A DNA stretch of 64,000 bases, taken from assembly GCA_903813345.2 (NCBI GenBank), contig CAIIXF020000001.1, positions 40,982,001 to 41,046,000 on the forward strand, in the 5' to 3' direction. Position numbers and translations under genes: made by a program. Positions 1 to 11,217 of the stretch are shown here, one piece after another (the first letter of the stretch is position 1; each line of letters opens with the position of its first letter). The DNA is from Owenia fusiformis. Taxonomy: Eukaryota. The notes beneath the pieces were generated by a model, which did not search any database, was not told the origin of the DNA, and saw only the letters and a program-made list of their open reading frames with translations.

Positions 1-3000
1 TGTTCTCGGCGGAAGAGAAACCTGACTGACGTCTTGTGTAAGGGTACTAGAGCCAGTGGTTGCAATAGCAATTGGGCATGGTCCAACAGAAGCCTTAGAA
101 GTTAATTCTAATGGATAGAGTGGAAGGTTTGCATTTGAATCCTTGCTTAAATCAACTGCTGTGCTACTATGTCCTGAAGTGCAGAGATTTCGTAACAAAT
201 CAAATGCAGCTTTTATTCTCGGTTTTTCTTCTGACTGACTAGGTTCTGCTGTGTCCCCATTAGATGGTGCTGATTGACTAGATAGGCTGCTATTTGATGA
301 CACAGAAGGGCTACTGAGTGACAGGAAATCCCCTTGCTCATTCTTTATTCCCATGCTATTAGAAACCATTTTACCCCCAGACATTAGTCTCTTGTGGGTA
401 GTCTTCTGCCTGCTGCTTGGGATCATGCTGGACACACTAGTACTAACTTTAGGGACAATATCCAACTCTTCTTCATTCATTTCCGGTTCAATTTTTACAT
501 TTTTTAAATCAGCTTTAATACCCTCATTAGATTTCTCCGTAGGAGAATCAGGTTCATTTTTAATTTTTCCATCCAAAGCGCCGTCTTTATCCACAGATTC
601 GTTCCATAGTTTATTTTCATCCACACTTTCGTCATCTACATTATTGGAGTCAACTGTAGCAAATGACACTCCCATGGATGGTTTCAGCATCTTCCTCGGT
701 GATCTCATATTGTCCGTCGGGGACACTGAATCTTCATCATTCATCAACGGAACTCGTCGTTTTCTTGGTTTTGTATCGCAAGAATGTTTCTCAAAATGCT
801 CCTTGCGGTAAAACCCGCGCTGACATCCACTGCATGTGTAGCTTGTAACCCCTTGGTGAAGTTTCAGGTGACGTGAATAATTCGAGAGATGGCGAAAATA
901 CCTCGAACATTTTCTACACATAAAAACAGATTCTCCAGCTACTTGGACTACATCATCTCTAAGATTTTGCGAGACGGCTCTCGGCAACTCGGACGATACC
1001 TCTGAAAAGGACAATTAGATACTATATTCAATATGTGGAAATGAAAATAATGGGTAAGTCATTTCTTTTTCTTGGTTGTACATAAAATTTCATGTTTATT
1101 TCCATCAATAGGCTGACTAATTACACATGGAAAGGATATTGACATGAAAGGTTCCCAGGATACTAGATAGTAGCTTAGGTTCTACCCTGCACACAGTCTT
1201 GTTACAAACTACCCTCTGCCTAGTATAGACTATATCACAGTTTAGCATCCCACCCCCCATGACTGATGCCCATGACAGCTTGGCTCATAAATCATTTCAA
1301 ACCTACCATGTTGACCTTTTTCTTAATCAATGCTAAATGCTAAATGCGTGCACAATAATTATGCAAATACGAGAAAATGACCATATATGGAAAGTCATCC
1401 TTATTCTGACGACAAACTCTGATTAGCTCGGTGAGTTCAGAGATTTATTGAAAACTGCAAGAGTGAAGACGAAGCTCTCTTTTGAGAAGCGAAGTCGAAT
1501 GAATGCAAAGGTTACTTAGGTTCTCAGCAAACCAGAGACACGTCCTCCCTTTCTGTTTACAAATTGATGTCAAGAATCAAATCCATTAGCCTACTTATGT
1601 TATGGCAGTCATAACCTGTACCATTTACAATATTAATATTAAAGTATGTGACTGAAAAAATATATGAATGTTAACTATTCAATGAGCAGAACTTTGAATA
1701 GATATTGTTTTTAATTATTCATTTATGAGACAGTATATGTGATTAATACTGTTCCAATTCTTAATTCTTTCAAATGTGGCAAAATAAAAATGCGAGTGAT
1801 AACTGATAAGTGATCTTTAATACCTGCACATTCACCATTTTCATTGTGTACATCCTCATCTTTCCTTCCATCTGCTTCTTCTAGAACTGGAAGCAAACAT
1901 ACATACATGTGTCAATGAGTTCTTTCTGAGCGATTGGCAAGCCTTAATTTTATTTATATAATATTGTCAATGTGACAAATAGTTATTGATAAGTAACGAA
2001 AGTATACTTATCTTTAAAAGTTCTAAATACAGCATTGATAGACTATATATTCTAAAATCCCACTGATTAGGTATGGTTTGATACATGCAACTTTTTGTAT
2101 TATTTTTTAAAATGTACAATCTTCTTAAAAGTTCCAATACTACATATACATCAATATATCCTAAATCACATCCCACTGATTTGGTGCAATACAGTATGAA
2201 AAATAACATTAAATATAAAATCCTCTTGTACGCCTAGATCACCTACTTAAATGTGTGTCTTGGCCAAATATCAAGATTTGGATGACTTCTCGATTTCATC
2301 TACCATCCAAAAGAATTATGCAATTTGTCCAAGTGTTTGAATATACCATTAGAAAGGGGAAAGTGTCAGAAGTAAGGAAAATATATAATCACAAAAATCT
2401 GGTAGTTATAAATTTAATTTAATTATTTTAATGGGGAAGTTTTGAGTCATTTTTCCATTAAATCTATTTTGAAGGTAAACATTTTCCCAGGATGACCTTC
2501 AACCTCAAATGACCATTTTGACCTTCTAGACATATTTAGTGAACAAGTTGAATTAATAGAGACCTTAAGCTGTCACCTTTTTCACAATGTCAATGTTAAC
2601 GGAAAGATTTAACCTTAGTACATGTTGTTTGTGCATACTTTTGTACCATTGTAGCCATTTAGTTTGAGTATTTCATGTTTAGAGCAGGAAATTTAAAATT
2701 ACAAATAGGTGTCTGTGGAGATGATTTAACTTGGATACTGTGTTGGAGTCTTTTGTTTGTATGCACAGAAGAATCCATTCTGAAGCATGCTATGCATGTC
2801 ATGCATGTTTTTAGCTCAAATCATGAAATGAATATATGAAGATGAGTACCATATAACTATGCAAGGCATTAACATTCAAAGTGTCACCACCTACCATTTG
2901 TTACAGACACCGACCCATGAAGGCTATTACAGTTGGCAAATGTCGAACAACAACTTTAGAACACTGGCCACAAAAAGTTGGAGACTATTACAATTTCTGG

Positions 3001-6000
3001 TGGTGACATAAAAAAGTATGATACTACCTCTATATCACGCCCGGTGATCGTGAAAATGGGACGGAGGGGGGAGCAGGCAATTTCTGCAAGAAAATTCAAC
3101 AAATCTGAGAGATTTATTTTTTCAAGAAAAAGTTTACTATTGAATTGCTGAATTGATAGGTGCACGGTATGGTAAAATATGTTAGGTCTTCTGGGATTTT
3201 TTCTGAAACGATAGGCATCTAAGATATGAGATCTATTAAAAAAGGCGCGAGGCAACCAACAGACACAAATCAACGTTTAAGCTATAAATCAAGCAACAAT
3301 GGTCTACACGACCTGTATTAAATACTTGTAAGTGACGATATCATAACTAAATTTATGCCATTGCTGAATTTATAAAATAAGTTTCAATACGTAAAATAAA
3401 AAATAATCGAAAATAATTATGGGACGGAGGAGGGGAGCAATATGTATCATGTCTTAATACATATTGCTCCCCCCCCCTCCGTCCCAAAATTATTTTCGAT
3501 TATTTTTTATTTCACCTATCGAAACTTATTTTACAAAGTCAGCAATAACATTAATTTTGTGACGATAATGTCACTTACAAGTATTTATTACAGGTCATGT
3601 ACACCATTGTTGCTTCATTTATAGCAACAACATTGACTTTTGCACGTTGGTGCATTGCGCCTTTTTTAATAGATCTTATACCCTAAAAGAGTATCGGTTG
3701 AAAAAAAATCCTAGAATACCTAACATATTTTACAATACCGTGAGCCTATTTATTTAGCAATTCAATAGTAAACTTCTTCTTTAAAAAATAAATCTTCCAG
3801 ATTTGTTGAAATTTCTAGCAGAAATTGCCTGCTCCCCCCCTCCGTCCCAATTCTACGATCACCGGGCGTGTATATTACATAATAAAACAAGTATCAAGCA
3901 ATATAAAATCTTACAATACCTGCACTTTGTGGTACTGCACTTATACTACCATCATTACTCAAAGCCAATGGTTCCAACTTTGGTATTATCTCCTTATGAT
4001 TGGTTGACACATTTTTTTGTGCGGACACCAATTTTTCTCGTAGAAGGCTTAACCCAGTCTCATGGCCAGATTTAACTTGGGCAGTGTTCTGATCAGTGTT
4101 AGATGGTTGAGGGGCTATAGGCTTTGGCTGGCTATTGGAGTTCAGTCGTACTAACTTTGGAGGGCCAATACCCGAGGAGCTAGTAAGATAGGCAACTGTT
4201 ATAGGCTGGCTGGTTTTTAATAGTGGACCATGGGTCTGTAAATCAATCCCTAGGCTCGGACTAATCTGTGGCACAACCAGGCTTGGACTGATTTGTGGCA
4301 CCACCAGATTTGATACTGCACTTGTAACATTGACTAAAGGCTGAGGTTGACTTGTTAATGTATAGTTTTGATTGTCATCATGGGTAGCATGCTTCCCTGT
4401 TTTGTATACTGCACTTTTCTGGGTGAAGATGGAAGATTTTTGATCAGCAATATGGTTAATATAGACACTTCCACTGTATTTCTTGAACCATGGGGTGAAG
4501 TACTCTTGCGATCCTGCAACAAAAAAGGTTATTTGTCTATTACATTGACATCCATCAGTGAAGAGTGTCATACTACCTCTTTTGAAGATGAAGTTTATAC
4601 ATGTACATTTATCAAAAATGTGACAATTATATATTTCTAATCTTTGCATTTAGTTGACTTTGATGGTAATTGGTTTTGATAATTTGGTATTCTTAAACAT
4701 ATCAGAACCATTGTTCTCCACTTAATTCATTTTACAAGGTAAAATGTAAAATGATTGAATTATCTTACCTAATATAACATAATATGCATTCTATGCTATT
4801 TACAATCAGATCTACATAACGTTACAAAAACATCATAATAAAGACAATTGACATTTGAGTTGCTATTGGATACATTCCAAAGGATATTGGCATCTATTTA
4901 ATTTTGCGATTCTTTTAAATTGCCAGATTAAAACGCTCGCTAAATTAAACACAATTTCAAAACTGCCAATGGTATACAGGCTAATCATCGGATCTGAGTC
5001 TTATAATCTGGCTCAGTTTCAAATAAGGATAAAATATATTTGGAGTTTTCACATTACATAAATATTTAGACTTTGTGTTGTTATCCTCGCCCCATCGAAA
5101 AAGTCCCTCAATCATCAAATTGATTGATCAGCATTCAGTAAATATTTACAAATGAGACATTAAGAAATGGTTTGTTGACAGTTTAGAAAGAAAAACATAA
5201 ATTGTGAATCATGATAGATTTGCCAAATGAGGGAAATCGCAGGATATACGATCTTATTCTAAAAAACATGAATGACAGTAAACACGAATTGATTTTACAT
5301 ATATTACGTCGTACTTATAGGTTTTTGTTGGTTTATGTAATCTAATGCTGTTATGGATGTAAACTAAACAAGGCATTAACATGACAAAATGTCACCACCT
5401 AAAACAATTTGGTCAATTTAAAGCAAGTTGAAAAATACCTCTTTGACTTTTTTTTGACATTGAGAAGGTCATTGAAGGTCAAATGTCAAATGTAAAGTCA
5501 GATTTGAACTTCTGAGAACGTGTAGATGATTTTGAAAAAAAAATTAAGTAAATTTGAAGCAAGTTGAAAAAAGACCTTTTTGACCTTGAAAAGGTCATTG
5601 AAGGTCAAATATCAAATCTAAAGTCAGATTTGAACTTCTGAGAACATGTAGATGATTTTGAAAAAAAAATTAAGTAAATATGAAGCAAGTTGAAAAAAGA
5701 CCTTTTTGACCTTGAAAAGGTCATTGAAGGTCAAAGGTCAAATCTAAAGTCAGATTTGAACTTCTGAGAACTTGTAAAGGCAAATTTGAACTTCTGAAAA
5801 GATGTAGATGATTTTGAAAAAAAAATTTGGTCAATTTGAAGCAAGTTGAAAACAGACCTTTTTGACCTTTTTTGACCTTGAGAAGGTCATTAAAGGTCAA
5901 ATGTCAAATCTAAAGTCAGATTTGAATTTCTGAGAACATGTAGATGATTTTGAAAAAAAAAATTAGTCAATTTGAAGCAAGTTGAAAAAAGACCTTTTTG

Positions 6001-9000
6001 ACCTTTTTTGACCTTGAGAAGGTCATTGAAGGTCAAATGTCAAATCTAAAGTCAAATCTAGTCATATTTGAATTTCTGAGAACATGTAGATGATTTTGAA
6101 AAAAAAAAAGTCAATTTGAAGCAAGATGAAAAAATACCCTTTTGACCTTTTTTGACATTGAGAAGGTCATTGAAGGTCAAATGTCAAATCTAAAGTCAGA
6201 TTTGAATTTCTGAGAACATGTAGATGATTTTGACCTTCAATGACCTTCTCAAGGTCAAAAATCTAGTCATATTTGAATTTCTGAGAACATGTAGATGATT
6301 TTGAAAAAAAAAAAGTCAATTTGAAGCAAGTTGAAAAAAGACCTTTTTGACCTTTTTTGACTTTGAGAAGGTCATTGAAGGTCAAATGTCAAATCTTAAG
6401 TCAAATCTAAAGTCAGATTTAAATTTCTAAGAACACGTAGATGATTTTGAAAAATTTTTTAGTCAATTTGAAGCAACTTGAAAACAGACCTTTTTGACCT
6501 TTTTTGACCTTGAGAAGGTCATTGAAGGTCAAATGTCAAATCTTAAGTCAGATTTGAATTTCTGAGAACACGTAGATGATTTTGAAAAAAAAATTTAGTC
6601 AATTTGAAGCAAGTTGAAAACAGACAGCAAAGCAAGTTGACGCCAACCTCCAACCGCCGGACGCCAACCGCCGTCGCAAAAAAACGGAGACCATAACAAT
6701 ATGTCACCACTTTTGGTGGTGACATAAACAAAAAAACGGAGACCATAACAATATGTCACCACTTTTGGTGGTGACATAAAAAACGGAGACCATAACAATA
6801 TGTCACCACTTTTGGTGGTGACATAAAAATGATTAAGCAACAATGATTCTATAAAAAAAACATGCATACCTGGTGAAGTATATGAAAGGTGTAGTACTGT
6901 AGTATCAGTATTAAAGAACTTTATCATCCTAACTGCCATTAAATTAATGTACTCAATATCAGATTAGACATATTTTTTCAATATTTGGAAACATTTAATT
7001 ATGGCATTACACATAGTTCTTGATGTTAAAGACAGTTATTTGTTTCATATACATGTCTACTCTTAGAACTCTATGAGGTAAAAATCTCCACTGGGTAAGC
7101 AGTATTAATTATGAATTATAATTTCACTTTACATGATTATTCATTTGTTTTTGTAAGTTTAAAGAATATAATACCGAAGACAAGGAGTCAATCTCATCCA
7201 TAGGTTATTGTCAGACATATGCCTGTGTCCACTGTCCAGCAATAACCTACAGTGAAATCTGTATATCTGAACACCTCTCTTATTTGAACACCTCTCAATT
7301 TAATATTTTTTCGGTCCTATTTATCTTATAAGTAAAACCTTGAAATGTGAACACCTGCTAATTTGAAAACCTTTGGCTGGTCCCAATAGCTTTCATACAA
7401 GTCACAATCAATCAGGGTGTCAAAAAAATTTCAACTTGTTATCACCTTGTAATTTCCTTATATATCGTATGTTATATTTTAATGTGCAATAAAATAAGAT
7501 AAGACAGGTTTTACTGTACACACTATACTCTATATCATTACATTATAGTCCGGATGTGAAGTGCCATATTTTAAGTGAAGGTGGAAATGCTTACTATATG
7601 AACTTTTTTTGCATTTTCTGTTTAAACATGATATCCATATTCAGAAACTGCCGGATGCCCAACGGGCATACTTGAGGAATTTTTTTGGCGGCCATTTTGA
7701 ATTTTCACACGTTTTATGTATTTTAGCCTGCATATTAGAACAGAAAACTAGCATACACATGAACAAATCTTGCTGTTTTTTCTATAATAGAGTTTTAATA
7801 TGATGTATACCAATATGTTAGGTTCCAGAAATGTTTCTTGACAAAAATAAAAAAAAATTCAAGATGGCCGCCAACCTTACAATTTATGAAATGGTTCATT
7901 CTGTGATAATATCAAATTGATATTAGTGTTTCCTACAAAGTTATCAATAAAAAATACTAAATACATCTGATTATGATCTCTTTCTCACATATAAAATATC
8001 CAAAATGAGTAAAAAGTAACCTACATAATAATAATGATGTTCCACAAGGGTCATTTCTTGGTGCTATATTTCTCTTGAATTTATGAATTATCTTCTTTTA
8101 CTAAGATTTCATCAAAGATTTCTTTCAATAAATACTGATCAGTTTCTTCCAATTCCTGTTCAGTTACTGTCTTTGTATGTTTGTTATTGCATTCATTCCC
8201 CTTGCAAACACAGAACAATATACATGATAAAGATGCCTTGGAGCATGAACATCGCCCAGTTCTACATACATTGCCCTCTGATGCACATGTGCACTTAATG
8301 AGCTGGAGAATTCCTTTAGGGGCACAGGGTGTATCCTTGGGCATTGTTGTTGGGGCAAGTGAGCCTGTGCTGTTAATTTCCCAACCATAATCTGTTGGAA
8401 GGATAAGTGGGGGGTCAGGCATATCAGCATTTTTCCATATAGCTACTTGGAAATGAGCTCGCTTCACATGCTGGGAAAATGCTTCTGTTGTTGGTGGGAG
8501 GGATTTTAGCTTTGGTGCATTTGTAATGTGTTTTGCAGCATTTTTCTTTGCTCATACAGCATATCTCACATTAGACATTTTGTCTGTGACTTTAGGTGTA
8601 ATTCCATAACATCTAGAAACAAATTCTGTTGAAGTTTTCTCAACTTCAGTCATGTCTGCATTGACATCTCCCAAGTTAGCGAGTGAGTATCTATTCAACA
8701 CCTTCAGGACTGTTAGCTTGCCAATTCCATGCATGCAAGATGTCGATCACTGCCAGAGGGACCATGCGCAGCTAACAAGTTTGGGATTTTTAATTTGTGT
8801 TCATTTACGGTTGCATTAATGTTAATGTTTGCTCGGCCAGATGATGTTCCCTCCATTATGATGTTATTTTCCATTAACTTGTGCTTGAGACAGTGATGAA
8901 GAAGTAGAAGGAAAACATCAGTATCAACACTGAGTACACTGATATTCTGTTGGCCTTTACTGGCAGCATGCAGAACCTGGTGTACAGGTGTTGGATCAGG

Positions 9001-11217
9001 ACCTGTGATAACAAGGATGTTGGAGAATGATCCTTCACTAGCTTTTTGAGTGAGATGGTCGATGACACACTTTATCAACTGGACCTTGTTCTCAGTCACA
9101 TTCAGAACAACATTCTGTGCAGGGAGAGGTGTGTCAGAGCTGAACTTGAGCTTGAGATGACCTGGTGCTGTTCTTTATGCTATTGTCTTTATATCTGTCA
9201 AATATAAGGTCAAGGCTTAAAGTCTGTGAAAAAATTTTACCTGAAACTATCCGAACGCTGGGCGAAAGGCGTGTGCGGAGCCCTAGGGGGGTTCAAGAAA
9301 ATTTTGAAAATTGGTGCCCTCTGGTGGCTTCTAGAGCCTTCTGGTGAAAGTACATTGAATAAAATGTTCACATTTTTTTTACATCTGTTTATTGCATTTT
9401 TGTATTTTTTTAATTTGATAACTGGGCTGGATCTGTCTTATTCTTAATGACATACCTTACATCTCTGTTCTCTGTGACTTCACATCGTGTCCTTATTTTA
9501 TCGATATCTGGCAGAAATAAGACAGATTAGAAAAATTTCAAAAAGTTTCCCTTTAGCGCTAGCCCGCCGGTGTTCATAACGGTTACGTTCATTGGTTGAT
9601 TCGTCAGATTAGTCATATCTTTAAGCCAATCAAATTCAAGATAACACTTCGTAACTCGCTTTAGCGAATCGAAGTCAATAGTTCTCGTCGTAATAATGCA
9701 GACAAGATGGTAAGATTGCTTCGTGTTCCACATAATTTATGAAACTGACCTATTTATTAAATAACAAATCACACGTGGATCAGCTGATCAGCTGTTTTGG
9801 GGCCCGCAATTAAACGATTTTTTCCTCAAGTCTTCAACTTATTACGACATCTTGCATGCATGGAATTGGCAAGCTAACAGTCCTGAAGGTGTTAAATAGA
9901 TACTCACTCGCTAACTTGGGAGATGTCAATGCAGACATGACTGAAGTTGAGAAAAATTCAACAGAATTTGTTTCTAGATGTTATGGAATTACACCTAAAG
10001 TCACAGACAAAATGTCTGATGTGAGATATGCTGTATGGGCAAAGAAAATGCTGCGAAACACATTACAAATGCACCAAAGCTAAAATCCCTCCCACCAACA
10101 ACAGAAGCATTTTCCCAGCATGTGAAGCGAGCTCATTTCCAAGTAGCTATATGGAAAAATGCTGATATGCCTGACCCCCCCACTTATCCTTCCAACAGAT
10201 TATGGTTGGGAAATTAACAGCACAGGTTCACTTGTCCCAACAACAATGCCTAAGGATACACCCTGTACCCCTGAAGGAATTCTCCAGCTCATTAAGTGCA
10301 CATATGCATCAGAGGGCAATGTATGTGGAACTGGGCGATGTTCATGCTCCAAGGCATCTTTATCATGTACATTGTTCTGTGTTTGCAAGGGGAATGAATG
10401 CAATAACCAACATACAAAGACAGTTACTGAACAGGAATTGGAAGAAACTGATGAGTTTTTATTGATGGAAATCCTTGATGAAATCTTAGTAAAAGAAGAT
10501 AATTCATAAATTCAAGATATATATAGCACCAAGAAATGACCCTTGTGGAACATCATTATTATTATGTAGGTTACCTTTTACTCATTTCAGATATTTTATA
10601 TGTGTGAAAGAGATCATAATCAGATGTATTTAGTATTATTTATTGATAATTTTGTAGGAAACACTAATACCAATTTGATATTATCACAGAATGATACATT
10701 TCATAAATTGTAAGGTTGGCGGCCATCTTGAATTTTTTTTTATTTTATTTTTGTCAAGAAACATTTCTGGAACCTAACATATTGGTATACATCATATTAA
10801 AACTCTATTATAGAAAAAACAGCAAGATATGTTTATGTGTATGCTAGTTTTCTGTTCTAATATGCTGGCTAAAATACATAAAACGTGTGAAAATTCAAAA
10901 TGGCCACCAAAAAAATTCCTCAAGGATGCCCGTTGGGCATCCGACAGTTTCTGAATATGGATATCATGTTTAAACAGAAAATGCAAAAAAGTTCATATAA
11001 TAAGCATTTCCACCTCTATTGGCTCTACATCCAGACTATTAGGTAATAAAACTACCTCAAATGACTCCAATTACTCACCAAAGACCATATGTCCATTGAT
11101 TTTGTATTCGGCAACTTTGACATCAAGCCAGAAGACAAACTCCACCAATGCCTCAGAGTCAGTCTGCTGGACTAGGGTGGTAAATGCAGACTTTAACTCT
11201 TCTAATTCAAGATTCAT
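1..11217 (-). CDS. Spliced C2H2 zinc-finger protein gene, 3'-truncated by the window edge. Coding exons 11217-11079, 4513-3920, 1886-1824, 1001-<1; probable 5' exon ending at 15919
   Basis: Exons have AG/GT ends and join in phase 1: MNLELEELKSAF...GHMVF/G/SQEYFTPW...QSA/V/LEEADG...ECA/E/VSSELP. The last exon is open to base 1 and encodes FMCRKCSRYFRHLSNYSRHLKLH (C2H2) then YTCSGCQRGFYRKEHFEKHSC (C2HC), followed by an acidic Ser-rich region. No specific orthologue recognised. Confidence 0.8.
1186..1460. repeat. Dispersed repeat, uninterrupted copy of the sequence found split at 14364-15350
   Basis: CCCTGCACACAGTCTTGTTACAAACTACCCTCTG...GACAAACTCTGATTAGCTCGGTGAG aligns by eye to 14364-14585 plus 15286-15350. 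Confidence 0.75.
2863..3015 (-). mobile_element. Short Helentron/DINE-1-like (HINE) non-autonomous element
   Basis: Shares both ends (CAAGGCATTAACAT...TGTCACCACC and GGAGACTAT...GGTGGTGACATAAAAA) with the element at 5367-6828. Confidence 0.6.
3036..3870. mobile_element. Foldback MITE, 835 bp, CAC...GTG termini, 5-bp TSD TATAT (Transib-like signature)
   Basis: CACGCCCGGTGATCGT at 3036 and ACGATCACCGGGCGTG ending 3870. The arms pair all the way to the centre near 3452. TATAT lies at 3031-3035 and 3871-3875. Confidence 0.8.
5367..6828 (-). mobile_element. Helentron-type (HINE) element carrying an internal satellite array and a triplicated terminal hairpin
   Basis: The end motif AAACAAGGCATTAACATGACAAAATGTCACCACC is at 5367. 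The hairpin ATGTCACCAC-TTTTG-GTGGTGACAT occurs three times at about 6700-6825. The same ends occur at 2863, about 25930-26040, about 49950-50075 and about 51285-51468. Confidence 0.7.
5405..6625. repeat. Tandem satellite, unit about 120-135 bp, about 9-10 copies
   Basis: The unit GTCAATTTGAAGCAAGTTGAAAAAAGACCTTTTTGACC...GAAGGTCATTGAAGGTCAAATGTCAAATCTAAAGTCAGATTTGAATTTCTGAGAACATGTAGATGATTTTG recurs throughout. Confidence 0.95.
7250..7516. mobile_element. Tc1/mariner-pogo (Tigger-like) MITE
   Basis: TA|CAGTGAAATCTGT ... ACAGGTTTTACTG|TA terminal inverted repeats with TA flanks. Confidence 0.6.
8081..9220 (-). pseudogene. Degenerate C-terminal part of an Academ-type protein (XPG/FEN1-like nuclease plus Cys-rich zinc finger)
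   Basis: Fragments across frames: LIFDRYKDNSIKNSTR, SVDTDVFLLLL, AHGPSGSD..SCMHGIGK, LPPTTEAFSQHVKRAHFQVAIWK, IKCTCASEGNVCRTGRCSCSKASLSCILFCVCKGNECNN. Broken by frameshifts and a TGA at about 8552. Confidence 0.75.
9845..10509 (+). pseudogene. Second, inverted copy of the same Academ-type C-terminal coding remnant
   Basis: ORFs 9856-10083, 10035-10217 and 10159-10509 reconstitute the same protein with different frameshifts (A-run near 10045, C-run near 10175). Confidence 0.75.

Larger units (their letters stand above)
7546..11038. mobile_element. Palindromic Academ-derived DNA transposon with about 1.2-kb inverted arms and 3-bp TSD TTA
   Basis: Termini are TAGTCCGGATGT and ACATCCAGACTA, with TTA at 7543-7545 and 11039-11041. 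Arms 7546-8745 and 9845-11038 are near-identical reverse complements and contain transposase-associated coding remnants. Confidence 0.75.

Noticed and set aside
353..811. 152-aa plus-strand ORF
   Set aside because: It is the antisense shadow of the zinc-finger exon on the minus strand.
6676..6828. Three palindromic direct repeats resembling a CRISPR array
   Set aside because: There are no unique spacers and no cas genes, the context is a eukaryotic intron, and the unit is the terminal hairpin of a dispersed Helentron-type element.
8081..10509. A pair of host tesmin/CXC-domain genes
   Set aside because: Both copies are frameshifted, intronless, and lie in the arms of a TSD-bounded transposon.
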